A stretch of 64,000 bases of DNA from an uncultured cyanobacterium (GCA_963744145.1 CAVUSO010000001.1:3488001-3552000), one strand, 5' to 3'; shown: positions 18,672 through 29,777, counted from the first letter of the stretch. Translations and numbers: made by a program. The notes: generated by a model from the letters alone, not told the origin.

Positions 18672-20417
18672 ATGTCTTGGTGTTTAAATCAATTTTCTCA
18701 ATTTTTTTCTGGTTATTCTCGGTACAAACAGCAAAAATGGGAGATATTTCCCGATTGGATTATTATTTGGCAAGGTAATGTACCTAATCATATAAATGTG
18801 ACTTGGCGAGAAGGAGAAATCGCGATCGCTGGTATTCAACCTAGCTTTAGTCCTCAAGAACGTTTTGTGATTGTTGGTGATATTTGGTTATCTAACCGTC
18901 TCCAACTGTTAGAGCAAGAAAAAATTAATCCTACTAAAAATGATGGGGAGATAATTGCTTGTTTGTGGGAACGTTGGGGTCTAGATACCCTCAAATATTT
19001 AGAAGGAATGTTTGCGATCGCGATTTGGGATCGGGAACAGGGAAAATTAATTCTGATCCGCGATTATGTTGGGAGTCGCACTTTATATTATAATATTAAT
19101 GGTTTTCCTCGCTATATTGCTCCTCGATTGCGATCGCTTGTACCACTATCTCCATCCTCTTTAAATTTAGTTGCTTTACGAGATTATCTCTGTTGTGCTT
19201 TTGTCCCAGGAGAACAAACTTTATGGGATAATATTCGGGAATTACGTCCAGGAACTTATCTAAAATTACCTGAAGTAAAAATAGAAACCTATTGGGAACC
19301 AAAAGAAAATATTCAAAATGCCGATCAAACGATGGAATGGTACTCCCAATTATTGCGATCGCGCTTAGAAAATATTATTCAAGAATATTTACCATCAAAT
19401 CAACCTGTAGGTGTTTTCCTATCCGGAGGAATTGACTCAAGTTGTATTACTGCTCTAGTTAAAAAATTCCATAATTATCCAGTCCATACTTTCTCAATTC
19501 ATTTTGGTTCCCAATATCCTCATGAGTTAGAATTTGCTAATTTAGTTGCACAACACTGTCAAACTGAACATCATATCTTAGAAATTAAACCTGAGCAACT
19601 CTGGGAACAACTACCATCAGCAATAGCTCAATTAGATGATCCGATCGGGGAAGGATTAACTGTTCCTAATTTGCTAGTTGGACAATTTGCTAAACAATTT
19701 GTTGATATTGTGTTCAATGGTGAAGGAGGAGATCCTTGTTTTGGTGGACCCAAAAATCAACCTATGCTCTTAAATAGTTTATATAGTTCTGTGACTAATC
19801 GTCAGGATACAGATCAATTATCAGCTTATTTGACATCTTTCAAAAAATGCTATCCATATTTACCAACTTTATTAAAACCAGAAATTTGGGCAAAAGTCAA
19901 GGATGAACCTTGGCAATTTACTCAAGACTTAAATAATAGCAATATTGCTTATTTACATCGATTAATGTTAATCAATATCAAAATTAAAGGTGCTGATTAT
20001 ATCCTGACTAAAGTAAATAATTATACTCAAGCAGCAGGATTATCTGGGCGATCGCCATTATTCGATCGACGAATTGTAGAATTAAGCTTACAAATACCAC
20101 CAGAATATAAACTATCAGGAGCTGAAGAAAAAGCAGTGCTTAAACAAGCAGTTAGGGATTTATTACCAGAAATAATTCTTCAGCGACCTAAAAGCGGAAT
20201 GGTGATGAGTATGCAACAATGGTTTATGCAAAAATGGCACCAAGAAGCGAGACATTTACTATTAAATAAAAACGCTGCGATCGCACCGTACTTAAATCAA
20301 ACTCTGCTCAAGGAATGGCTAGAATATCGCGGTCAAATCTGGCAACGTTACGGTGTATTATTATGGCTATTAGTCACCTTAGAAATCTGGCTTCAAACCC
20401 AAAAATCTGCTGATTAG
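18672..20417 (+). CDS. Asparagine synthetase B-like protein
   Basis: LEGMFA, RDYVG, LSGGIDSS, NGEGGD, RSPLFD, RPKSG motifs; no N-terminal Cys. Confidence 0.85.
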   Translation: MSWCLNQFSQFFSGYSRYKQQKWEIFPDWIIIWQGNVPNHINVTWREGEIAIAGIQPSFSPQERFVIVGDIWLSNRLQLLEQEKINPTKNDGEIIACLWERWGLDTLKYLEGMFAIAIWDREQGKLILIRDYVGSRTLYYNINGFPRYIAPRLRSLVPLSPSSLNLVALRDYLCCAFVPGEQTLWDNIRELRPGTYLKLPEVKIETYWEPKENIQNADQTMEWYSQLLRSRLENIIQEYLPSNQPVGVFLSGGIDSSCITALVKKFHNYPVHTFSIHFGSQYPHELEFANLVAQHCQTEHHILEIKPEQLWEQLPSAIAQLDDPIGEGLTVPNLLVGQFAKQFVDIVFNGEGGDPCFGGPKNQPMLLNSLYSSVTNRQDTDQLSAYLTSFKKCYPYLPTLLKPEIWAKVKDEPWQFTQDLNNSNIAYLHRLMLINIKIKGADYILTKVNNYTQAAGLSGRSPLFDRRIVELSLQIPPEYKLSGAEEKAVLKQAVRDLLPEIILQRPKSGMVMSMQQWFMQKWHQEARHLLLNKNAAIAPYLNQTLLKEWLEYRGQIWQRYGVLLWLLVTLEIWLQTQKSAD

Positions 20418-20474
20418 GATGTGAGAGCATTAGTGGTTAATTTAAAAAAAAATACTAAGGAAACATCAACAGAA

Positions 20475-20784
20475 CCCTTCGACTACGCTCAGGGCAAGTT
20501 TTGTCCAGATTTGTAGGGGCAAAGCATTTCGGCAGATCAATAATTGTTTAGAGCGAGAGAACTATAAACGAAATGCTTTGCCCAGCCATTGATGAATCAA
20601 ATCGATTGACTATATAGATGATCTGTAGTCAGAATTTCCCTAATTGCTATAAATTGGATTTTCATAGCTTTAGTTGATCTGTTGGCTGCATAGATGTGAG
20701 GGCAAAGCATTTCGGTAATATTATTCTTCGTTGAAGCAATCATTGATTTGCCGAAATGCTTTGCCCCTACATACCCGGACAAAA
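20475..20784. repeat. Composite REP/MITE-like inverted-repeat element between convergent genes
   Basis: Two GGGCAAAGCATTTCGG...CGAAATGCTTTGCCC units inside outer TTTTGTCC...GGACAAAA ends, preceded by CCCTTCGACTACGCTCAGGG. Confidence 0.75.
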
Positions 20785-20855
20785 TTATTTTCACGTTTCA
20801 TTTAGGTTTGCTATATAATTGGTAGATTAGAGAGAGATAATAAAAAACTTCACAC

Positions 20856-22166
20856 TTAACCAAAACTTTCATAACCATACACATATCCTCCACCATAACC
20901 TTCTTCTACTACTACTAAACTATCACTTCCAGTTAATTGACTACGAGAAATTCCCTGACTCAGAACTTGCAAAATTCTTTGTGGACTAAAAGATTCTAAT
21001 TCGACAAAATTACCAGCTTCTAACCAATCTAATTCTGATTTTTCCAAACTTTGCCTGATTTCAACTGACAATTGTTTTGCTTCATTAGCAGAGGTAGCTG
21101 AATTACTAATCGATATATTTTTGCTAGCTAAAATTTGACGAGGTGTTAACCCTAAATCATAAATCATGATCTCTGTATTTTGAAACCATTGGGGTTGAGT
21201 TCGCAAATTATGAACTAAAGTTATCCCCTGGGGACTAGCATCATGTAAAGCATAAACTTTCAAATTAGAATTTCGCTTTAACATCTCTAAAACTGTCTCA
21301 AAAATACTTTGAGGATATCTATTAATGCTCAGAATTGCACAGTTGTTTTCAAAATGGAAATTATTCGCAATTAACATTTGAGCAATTGCTGCACTATCAC
21401 AAATAACTGCTCGATCGAAACTATAATTAGTTAGATCAGAATTAATATTTCTCGATAAACCTTCTTCACGGAGAGGAGGAAGCATTTTCTCGATCGGTTG
21501 ATTAATTTCTTCCCAACGATTTACCCATGTTTGAAATTGTGATTGATTAATTAATAAATCTTGGGGAATGTAATTTTGCCGTTCTAATTCTCTCCTACCC
21601 ATATAAATAGCTATTATCCCCAAAATCAAACTGCTCAAATAAATAAAAGGTAAATGAGCAATAATTCCCAACAGAATTCCACCAATTAAAATGATGAGAC
21701 CACTAGTTGATAGACGTTCAGCATTTTGACGACGAATTTTGGGAGTTAAACTCCCAGAAATGCTTTGAAAATAACTAATAGAAATCACTAAAGCTGGAAT
21801 CAAAACAAGTAGGAGTGTTAAAAAATTGATCGAACTTGATTTGAGAGATTTATCGATCAGAATAAAGCCGATCAAAATATATACTGGTAGGAGGATAATC
21901 CAAGGATTCCCAGCTATAGATTTTTTCCTATTTAATCGTTTACCCAGATAATAAAAAAACTGTTTCGGGGTAAAGTAGAGAGAATTATTATTAGAAAGAT
22001 CCGCGATCGCTTGAGCAAAAAATACATCAGTAAATTTTAATTTTGGATCAGTGACTGTTACCGGGTCAAACACAAAGGGATGTCCACAATTTTTACACCG
22101 TCCCTGATTGTTGGTGCGATCGCTCAAGTTATTATCAGTCTGACATCTAACACATTTAACACCCAT
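20856..22166 (-). CDS. Hypothetical membrane protein: N-terminal Zn ribbon, about 4 TM helices, Toprim-like C-terminus
   Basis: CxxC...CxxC; hydrophobic segments; VYALHDAS...DLGL...ELE. Confidence 0.6.
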   Translation of the reverse strand: MGVKCVRCQTDNNLSDRTNNQGRCKNCGHPFVFDPVTVTDPKLKFTDVFFAQAIADLSNNNSLYFTPKQFFYYLGKRLNRKKSIAGNPWIILLPVYILIGFILIDKSLKSSSINFLTLLLVLIPALVISISYFQSISGSLTPKIRRQNAERLSTSGLIILIGGILLGIIAHLPFIYLSSLILGIIAIYMGRRELERQNYIPQDLLINQSQFQTWVNRWEEINQPIEKMLPPLREEGLSRNINSDLTNYSFDRAVICDSAAIAQMLIANNFHFENNCAILSINRYPQSIFETVLEMLKRNSNLKVYALHDASPQGITLVHNLRTQPQWFQNTEIMIYDLGLTPRQILASKNISISNSATSANEAKQLSVEIRQSLEKSELDWLEAGNFVELESFSPQRILQVLSQGISRSQLTGSDSLVVVEEGYGGGYVYGYESFG

Positions 22167-22175
22167 AACTTTTCA

Positions 22176-22385
22176 TTATTCCTGACTAGGTAAATCGGGA
22201 AAAACCCATTGAGGTGGTTGATTGCGCTTTTTTCTTAAAGCTTCTTCAGCTATAATCAGCATCTGATCCAAAGAAGTTTCCTCAATAAACTTTGATATTT
22301 CTGCTACATATTCTTTATTAGGACATTGATCACCTAAAATGCAGCCATTTTTACAAACTTCAGCACAATTAATCTGATTTTCCAT
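22176..22385 (-). CDS. Small Cys-rich hypothetical protein
   Basis: CAEVCKNGCILGDQC; GGAG RBS; co-oriented between ychF and the membrane protein. Confidence 0.7.
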   Translation of the reverse strand: MENQINCAEVCKNGCILGDQCPNKEYVAEISKFIEETSLDQMLIIAEEALRKKRNQPPQWVFPDLPSQE

Positions 22386-22444
22386 TGGTAACTCCTTTTC
22401 CTACTTAACAATTAACACTCAATTCCGGACTAAACCTTACTAAC

Positions 22445-23536
22445 TTATACATTAAACCGGAACAACATGACATCACCTTCCTGAACAATATACTCTTTCC
22501 CTTCACTCCGAACTAACCCCTTTTCTTTAGCAGCATTCATCGAACCAGTTGCTACCAAATCATGATAAGCAACAGTTTCAGCACGAATAAAACCCCGTTC
22601 AAAATCAGAGTGAATAACTCCAGCAGCTTGAGGAGCAAACATTCCTGCTTTAATCGTCCAAGCACGAGTCTCTTTCGGACCAGTAGTTAAAAAAGTCCGT
22701 AACCCTAAAAGCTCGTAGGTAGCTTTCACCAAAGATTTTAAACCACCTTCTTGCACCCCTAGACTAGCTAGAAAATCATCTCGTTCCGTCGCTGATAACT
22801 CTACTAATTCTGACTCAACTTGAGCGGAAACAACCACTACCTGAGCATTTTCTACTGCTGCAAGTTTCCGGACTTGTTCTACCCAATCATTCCCTGTCGC
22901 TAAATCATCTTCAGATACATTTGCTGCATAAATAATCGGCTTATTAGTGAGCAAATCCAATTGTTGTACTGCGATCGCTTCTTCTTCATTTAAGCTGACC
23001 TGACGAACTGGTTTACCAGCATTCAAAGCTGTAATAATCTTTTCCAATGCTCCCACTTCGATCTGAGCTTCCTTACTCGTCCGAGCTTGTTTACGGGTGC
23101 GATCGCAGCGTTTTTCTACCTGAGCTAAATCTGCTAAAGCTAACTCTAAATTAATGACTTCAATATCCTGTAAGGGATCAACAACTCCAGCCACATGGAT
23201 AATATCATCATTTTCAAAACAGCGGACTACATGGACGATCGCATCAACTTCCCGAATATGGGACAAAAACTGATTACCTAACCCTTCCCCTTGACTAGCA
23301 CCTTTAACTAAACCAGCAATATCTACAAACTCAATCTGGGTAGGAATAATTTGCACGGATGACGAAATTTTGGCTAATACATCCAAACGCTCATCTGGGA
23401 CTGCGACCACACCCCGATTGGGTTCAATGGTACAAAAAGGAAAATTAGCAGCTTGGGCTTTAGCACTTGCCACTAAGGCATTAAATAGAGTAGACTTTCC
23501 GACATTAGGTAATCCGACAATCCCGGCTCTTAGCAT
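22445..23536 (-). CDS. ychF: Redox-regulated ATPase YchF
   Basis: GIVGLPNVGKST, ANFPFCTIEPN, DIAGLV, C-terminal FRFNV. Confidence 0.97.
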   Translation of the reverse strand: MLRAGIVGLPNVGKSTLFNALVASAKAQAANFPFCTIEPNRGVVAVPDERLDVLAKISSSVQIIPTQIEFVDIAGLVKGASQGEGLGNQFLSHIREVDAIVHVVRCFENDDIIHVAGVVDPLQDIEVINLELALADLAQVEKRCDRTRKQARTSKEAQIEVGALEKIITALNAGKPVRQVSLNEEEAIAVQQLDLLTNKPIIYAANVSEDDLATGNDWVEQVRKLAAVENAQVVVVSAQVESELVELSATERDDFLASLGVQEGGLKSLVKATYELLGLRTFLTTGPKETRAWTIKAGMFAPQAAGVIHSDFERGFIRAETVAYHDLVATGSMNAAKEKGLVRSEGKEYIVQEGDVMLFRFNV

Positions 23537-23617
23537 AATCAGTAACAAACATCTTTTCTTAGTAATACTGTGACATTAAACTGAATCTTATTGATTTAGT
23601 GATCTAATTTTTCCAAA

Positions 23618-25057
23618 TTGCAAACCAACATCCCAATACTAAATGCGCTTTTAACTGTTACAGGTAAACCCCATGCGCCATTTTACACCCCCGGACATAA
23701 ACAGGGTAAAGGAATTTTGGCCCAAATGAGGGAATCTTTTGGTGCAAAGATATTTCAAGCAGATTTACCAGAATTACCCGAACTAGATAACCTATTTGCT
23801 CCAGAAGGTGTGATCCAAGAAGCTCAAGCACTAGCAGCTCAAGCATTTGGTGCATCACAAACTTGGTTTCTTGTCAATGGTTCGACTGTAGGCATAATTG
23901 CCTCAATTTTAACTGTATGTAATCCAGGTGAAAAAATTATTTTACCTCGTAATATCCATCAGTCAGTAATCTCTGGACTGATTTTATCTGGGGCTATACC
24001 AGTTTTTATTAATCCAGAATATGACCCAAACTGGGATTTAGCCCATAGTATCACACCCTCCGCCGTTGCTGCTGCCCTAGCGGCACATCCCCAAGCCAAA
24101 GCAGTAATGATGGTTTATCCTACCTATCAAGGAGTATGTGGAGATGTAAAAGCGATCGCAACTCTCACTCATAAATACGGAATACCTTTATTAGTAGATG
24201 AAGCTCACGGTGCCCATTTTACCTTTCATTCCCAATTACCAACTGCTGCTCTTGCGGCTGGGGCTGATTTAACCGTACAATCGATCCACAAAACCCTTAG
24301 TGCCATGACCCAATCCTCCATGTTGCAGGTCCAAGGTGAGCGGATCGATAGACAAAAACTGAGCCAAACCTTACAACTCTTACAATCTAGCAGTCCGAAC
24401 TATCTCCTCCTCGCTTCCTTAGATGCAGCTCGACACCAAATGGCGATCGCAGGTCCAGAATTAATCACTCAAACCTTACAATTAGCAGATCAAGCTAGAA
24501 ATCGACTTAAACAAATTCCTGGACTTTCCGTCCTAGAACCAACTACCCCAACTCCTGGTGTAATGGAATTCGATCGCACCAGATTAACTGTAAAAGTATC
24601 AGACCTAGGTATAAATGGATTTACCGCAGATGAAATTCTCACTCAACAAGGAGTAATCGCCGAATTACCCTCCTTACGTCAACTCACCTTTATAATTAGC
24701 TTAGGTAATACCCAAACAGACATCGATCGTCTAGTCCAAGCATTCACCTGGTTAGCCCAAACTAAAACCAACCCACCAAATTTCTTACCAATTCACCTCC
24801 TACCTTGTCCCAAAGCCCAACTTTCACCCCGGGCAGCTTTTTTTGCCCCAACTACCACCTTACCCATTGAAAATACTAGCGATCGCATTAGTGCAGAACT
24901 AATCTGTCCCTATCCACCAGGAATTCCGATCCTCGTACCGGGTGAAATCATTACTACTGTGGCTTGGGAATATTTACAACAAATTCGCGCTTTAGGTGGG
25001 AAAATCATTGGGTGTAGTAATCCTACCTTGGCCACTTTAAAGGTTGTGCAAAGTTAA
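23618..25057 (+). CDS. PLP-dependent Orn/Lys/Arg decarboxylase
   Basis: TPGHK, LVNGST, DEAHGAH, QSIHK, PYPPGIP motifs. Confidence 0.9.
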   Translation: MQTNIPILNALLTVTGKPHAPFYTPGHKQGKGILAQMRESFGAKIFQADLPELPELDNLFAPEGVIQEAQALAAQAFGASQTWFLVNGSTVGIIASILTVCNPGEKIILPRNIHQSVISGLILSGAIPVFINPEYDPNWDLAHSITPSAVAAALAAHPQAKAVMMVYPTYQGVCGDVKAIATLTHKYGIPLLVDEAHGAHFTFHSQLPTAALAAGADLTVQSIHKTLSAMTQSSMLQVQGERIDRQKLSQTLQLLQSSSPNYLLLASLDAARHQMAIAGPELITQTLQLADQARNRLKQIPGLSVLEPTTPTPGVMEFDRTRLTVKVSDLGINGFTADEILTQQGVIAELPSLRQLTFIISLGNTQTDIDRLVQAFTWLAQTKTNPPNFLPIHLLPCPKAQLSPRAAFFAPTTTLPIENTSDRISAELICPYPPGIPILVPGEIITTVAWEYLQQIRALGGKIIGCSNPTLATLKVVQS

Positions 25058-25213
25058 ACAATCTGCTTAAATTAGTTAGGAATAAGAATTAAATAACTGG
25101 CTTGTAGTAAGTGCTAAAGTGCTAAAGCGTTTACTACTAACCAGCGTAATTATTTAATTTCTACCTTAGTTATAGATATTCAAAATCAACAGAAAAATTA
25201 TCAATTAACAATT

Positions 25214-25816
25214 ATGACTACCAAGCTTTGGCCCTATATTACCCCAGGTATTCCTGATGAACTATTTGAGCGTTTACCTGGTATTCCCCTCAGTAAACGA
25301 GAAGTACGATTGCTCCTAATTTCCATGCTGCGACTCAAACCTCATGATGTTTTGTGGGATATTGGTGCAGGAACAGGGACGATTCCGGTGGAAATTGGAC
25401 TATTATGTCCAACCTGTCGGATTATTGCGGTGGAAAGGGATGAAGAAGTCGCTAGTTTAATTCGTCGGAACTGCGATCGCTTTGAAATTAAAAATATCGA
25501 AGTGATTGAAGCTATTGCTCCGGAATGTTTTCCTAATCTTCCTGCTCCACCCCAAACTGTCTGTCTCGAAGGTGGACATCCGATTAAAGCGATTCTGAAA
25601 GAAGTTTGGCAATATCTACCCGATCAAGGTCGAATTGTTGCTACAGCTGCAAGTTTGGAAAGTCTTTATGCTATTTCTGAATGTTTTGCGGAATTACAAG
25701 TTCGCAATATCGAAATCGTCCAATCTGCCTTTAACCGTTTAGAAACCAGAGGTTTACATCAAGTTTTTGCCGCAGTTGATCCCTTTTTTCTGCTTAGTGG
25801 CGAAAAATTAACATAA
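25214..25816 (+). CDS. cbiT: Precorrin-6Y C5,15-methyltransferase subunit
   Basis: GIPDELF, SKREVR, WDIGAGTG. Confidence 0.9.
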   Translation: MTTKLWPYITPGIPDELFERLPGIPLSKREVRLLLISMLRLKPHDVLWDIGAGTGTIPVEIGLLCPTCRIIAVERDEEVASLIRRNCDRFEIKNIEVIEAIAPECFPNLPAPPQTVCLEGGHPIKAILKEVWQYLPDQGRIVATAASLESLYAISECFAELQVRNIEIVQSAFNRLETRGLHQVFAAVDPFFLLSGEKLT

Positions 25817-26032
25817 ATCACATCTGGATATTCCCTCAATCTGTCACAATATATAAAAGTTACTTTTAAATCTTAGTTAACATTTAGTTAAACTTTTAAT
25901 TTATCTCCCTGTTTCTGCCTGGAACTGCCCCAGAAAAGTCATGTGTGACCCAAAAACTGAGGCTGTATACCCAATTGGCTATTGATCAAGTAGATCGAGA
26001 GGGAGAGCTATATATCTGGAGAAATTTGGGTT

Positions 26033-26899
26033 ATGTCTTGGTCTCGGATTGTGAGCGGAATTGTCGCGATCGCCCTAGCATTAGGGATGATTATTTTGGG
26101 AGGGTGGTATTTCACCCTGGGATTTAGCCTGATTGTCTATTTAGGTCAATTAGAACTTTTCAATTTAATCCACGCTAAAGGTATTCTACCCGCAGCCAAA
26201 ACTACTTTGGTGGCTAGTCAAATTCTCTTAATTACAGCCACAATTGATCCCAATTTAGCGGATGCGTTCTTTCCCATTGCGGGAACTTTTATCTGTTTCT
26301 ATTTAGTTTTTCAACCTAAATTTGCCACTATTGCTGATATTTCTGCTTCTCTGATGGTGCTATTTTATGGTGGATGGCTCCCAACTTACTGGGTCCGCTT
26401 GCGATCGCTTGGTTCGGTCAGTAGTAATTTACCTTTGGCTGGTTATTGGCCCAATTCTTGGCAACCAGATGCTTTTCCCTCCGGTTTGATGCTCACTCTC
26501 CTAGCATTTAGCTGTATTTGGGCTGCGGATATCGGTGCTTATTTTTTTGGGAAATATTTTGGTAAGACTCGTCTTTCTGATATCAGTCCGAAAAAAACTG
26601 TGGAAGGTGCCGCTTTTGGAATGGCTGGTAGTGTGAGTGTAGGGATATTGGGAGCTTGGTTGCTCCATTGGCCCAGTTGGACTTTTACGGGAATTGCGTT
26701 TGGTTTACTGATTGGGATTGCCAGTTTATTAGGAGACTTAACCGAGTCAATGATGAAACGTGATGCTGGGGTCAAAGATTCTGGTCAATTAATTCCAGGT
26801 CATGGGGGGATTTTAGATCGTACTGATAGTTATGTCTTTACTGCCCCCCTAGTTTACTATTTTATCACCCTTCTCTTGCCCCTATTATCACGCATTTAG
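26033..26899 (+). CDS. cdsA: Phosphatidate cytidylyltransferase
   Basis: ISPKKTVEG, KRDAGVKDSG..IPGHGGILDR. Confidence 0.95.
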   Translation: MSWSRIVSGIVAIALALGMIILGGWYFTLGFSLIVYLGQLELFNLIHAKGILPAAKTTLVASQILLITATIDPNLADAFFPIAGTFICFYLVFQPKFATIADISASLMVLFYGGWLPTYWVRLRSLGSVSSNLPLAGYWPNSWQPDAFPSGLMLTLLAFSCIWAADIGAYFFGKYFGKTRLSDISPKKTVEGAAFGMAGSVSVGILGAWLLHWPSWTFTGIAFGLLIGIASLLGDLTESMMKRDAGVKDSGQLIPGHGGILDRTDSYVFTAPLVYYFITLLLPLLSRI

Positions 26900-27610
26900 T
26901 TAAGCATTAATCTCTGGGTCGGGTAAGACATTAATCCGACCGCGACAAACCAGTAGACCAGTTGTTAAGGTTAATTCTTCTAGATCTACTTCTGAACCTA
27001 AATCTACTTTGAAGCCATCTAATAAGTTACTGGTAATAGCTGAGGATGTTTTTATTTCCGGTTGCTCAAAACCTAATTCATGGTTACTGGTCAAACCTAG
27101 ACCGGTGTCCAGTTGCCAAGGATGTGGTTGACCATCCTCAGACACTAAAGTAGTGTTTAAAATCAGCCGATCGTCAGTAATTATTACCTGGAGATTTGCA
27201 AATCTAACAGGTCGTTGGTTTTCAATTTGGACTAAGGGAAGTAGAAATTCACTCACTGCGTTTGCAAATAAGGGTGCTTGGAGAGAAGCATTAAAATCTG
27301 TTTGGGTCATCCGTAGTTCTCCAAAAATTTGCACCGGATCTAGCAGACGTAAGGGTTTACCTTTAACTACTTGACCAATATTGATCCGTATCCCTGTCCC
27401 AGTAAGATTTACTTGGGTGAGATGTAATCCTTTATATATCGCACCAGTAGCAGAGAGGGAAATTGCCGGAATAGTCCCCGTGAGGATTTGTTGATCACTA
27501 CCTTCGAGTTTAAATTGGAGGTCGGCAATTTTTGATACTTGCGATCGCAACCATAATCTCACAGCAGGAGACAAAATTTTGCTGATAATGCGGCTTTGCT
27601 TGGTAGTCAA
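26900..27610 (-). CDS. DUF2993 (LmeA-like) family protein
   Basis: AVRLWLRSQV, GKPLRLL..V, DLGSEV patterns. Confidence 0.75.
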   Translation of the reverse strand: MTTKQSRIISKILSPAVRLWLRSQVSKIADLQFKLEGSDQQILTGTIPAISLSATGAIYKGLHLTQVNLTGTGIRINIGQVVKGKPLRLLDPVQIFGELRMTQTDFNASLQAPLFANAVSEFLLPLVQIENQRPVRFANLQVIITDDRLILNTTLVSEDGQPHPWQLDTGLGLTSNHELGFEQPEIKTSSAITSNLLDGFKVDLGSEVDLEELTLTTGLLVCRGRINVLPDPEINA

Positions 27611-27775
27611 GGTTTTTAATTTTTAATTTTCCAACAAGATGGGATTTTACGATGAAAGTTCAATCTGTTCAACTAAAATATTTCCAAAAATATTCTCTGA
27701 AGATATTTATTTAATCTTGACACTTGATAAATAAATTGACTATGGTCTATGCAAAGGTCAGTCCCATAAATAAAT

Positions 27776-28592
27776 ATGAATTGGAATTTAAAAATGATCG
27801 CACATCCTCTACCTGGAGATGGTGATTCTAGTGGTAAAATGATTATTGGATCTATTTTAAAATTTCTTAACCCAATTGAGACTTACCCTGATTTGGCTTC
27901 AGATTTAAGTCAAGAGTTTCAACTACAGGTTTTTCAGTTAGGCAATCCCTTATCTAATTATAGAGTACCAATCTTATCAAGTAATACTGTTCTGGATGAA
28001 CAAAATGTTGATAATCTTTACTTAATCTGCGAAGGGCGGGTGCGCTTACTAGGTTTTTCTGAAGAAAAACAACGAGAAGTGTCATTAGGAGTGCTAGAAA
28101 CTGGGGAAATATTTGGCTTAGATCAGCACTTTTCCAATCATAATTTGCCTGATCGAGCGATCGCGGCTAGTGCGGTCGCGATCGCCGAGATTTCTTATTG
28201 CAAATTGGAATATTACTTAAAACAATTACCGGCTCTAGCAGACCTAATAAAAACTATACTATCTGCCCTTTGGAGTTTAGGGTTAACGGCTAGTCGCCAA
28301 TATCTGCTAGGATATTTTTCCAATCGGCTAGTTCTAACTCTGATCAGCGGCTTTATTAGGCACGCTTTGTCATTGCCCTTAAAATTTTTTGAATCGCGAC
28401 GAGTAGGAGATATCACTACCCGTGTTCAGGAAAACCAAAAAATTCAGCGGTTTTTAGTCAGTCAAGTAATCCTGTCTTGGTTAGATATATTGATGGGAGT
28501 TATTTATTTGGGGTTAATGTTCTATTATAACGCCAAATTGACTTTTTTAGTCTTAGCATTAATTCCCCCCATGATTATTTTAACTTTGGCCG
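27776..28592 (+). pseudogene. cNMP-binding / HlyB-type ABC exporter remnant (internal and 3' deletions)
   Basis: LYLICEGRVRL...GEIFG domain fused directly to TM segment LPLKFFESRRVGDITTRVQEN; no peptidase domain or ATPase. Confidence 0.8.
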
Positions 28593-29129
28593 GGTTCGCC
28601 AGCTATCATCAAAGATACGGGCAAACCACTGACTTAAGTTTACAGGATTTTTACCAAGTAATTCCATTTTCTTAAGAAAATCTTCCAGCGATCGTAATTC
28701 ACTGAGGGGTAATTCTTGTACTTCTACCTTTTCCACAAATCCCAACAGAGTTGCTTCCCGGAGAGATTCATCGAGTTGCACTATCACATAAGCAATTCGA
28801 TCTGACCAAACCTCTGGTGGTATTTGACATATATGGGAATTTGGTAGCACTACCCTACACTCGATTCTGCCATAATCTTTTACTTCTAAATCAGCCACAT
28901 CCATCAAAGTCTGCATCACCGGATTCCAACTATAACTAGCAGACAAATCCGTTTCAAACCCCATGCACTCTAAATAATAATTTACTGCATATACCGCCAA
29001 TGTATTCAAATAAACCTGCTTGGCTTTTTGGAGATTAGCTTGATGATGCCGAAATTTTTCAGCTAGAGAATGAGCTGCTAAAGCTAGGGAAACCGTAAAA
29101 TTAAAATCTTCGTTGTTGTCTCTCATCAT
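28575..29129 (-). pseudogene. DUF1822 family protein, 3'-truncated
   Basis: YLNTLAVYAV, VADL, IECR, RIAY, ATLLGF; ends just after VNLSQW. Confidence 0.8.
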
Positions 29130-29147
29130 CCCAAATACCTCTTTTAT

Positions 29148-29777
29148 TTATTCGCACAAATGCTCTTTTAGTTCAGCTAAAAAATTTTGACAGCACCGCT
29201 GATAAAAACTACTTAACGTTGATACTTTAACTCCCAATTCCTGGGCAATACCTTCCCAGCGTTTACCAGAAAGTTTTGCTAAGGCAATAGCTTGGAAACT
29301 GGCTTGTGGGCATCCTCGAATATGCTTCTTTTTTAGCATATTTTTAGGATCTTTTTCAAGATATTCTCTCACTATTTCTGACCAAGTAGGCGCTTCAACT
29401 AGCTCTTTTAAAGCATATTGTCGAGCGGGACTACGATGACTATGTTGTTGAGCTTCTAGAGCCAAGTTTTTGAGATTATTGTCGTCAAGTACCTGTTGAA
29501 AAGCATGATTTCGCCACAATTTTGCCCATTCTCGGATGGAAATATTTTGGGAATTGTATTGGTCTATATGTAAATCAAGATCAGTTATGAGTTGTTCCCG
29601 TACTTGGTGATAAATCTGCTGACAAATATCAGATAAAGTTTGACCTTTAAATGGACGACAGAGAGAACGTGATCGCATTATTTCATCAGCTAAATAAGCG
29701 ATCGCTTCTTCTCGTTCTTTGGTCTGATTCGGATACTTTAGCACTGCTAGCGCTAATTCTTGTAGTCGTTGATCCAT
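29148..29777 (-). CDS. Sigma-70-like HTH protein of DUF1822 loci, probably internally deleted
   Basis: LALEAQQH, C-terminal WEGIAQELGVKVSTLSSFYQR HTH; abrupt junction near 29390. Confidence 0.6.
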   Translation of the reverse strand: MDQRLQELALAVLKYPNQTKEREEAIAYLADEIMRSRSLCRPFKGQTLSDICQQIYHQVREQLITDLDLHIDQYNSQNISIREWAKLWRNHAFQQVLDDNNLKNLALEAQQHSHRSPARQYALKELVEAPTWSEIVREYLEKDPKNMLKKKHIRGCPQASFQAIALAKLSGKRWEGIAQELGVKVSTLSSFYQRCCQNFLAELKEHLCE

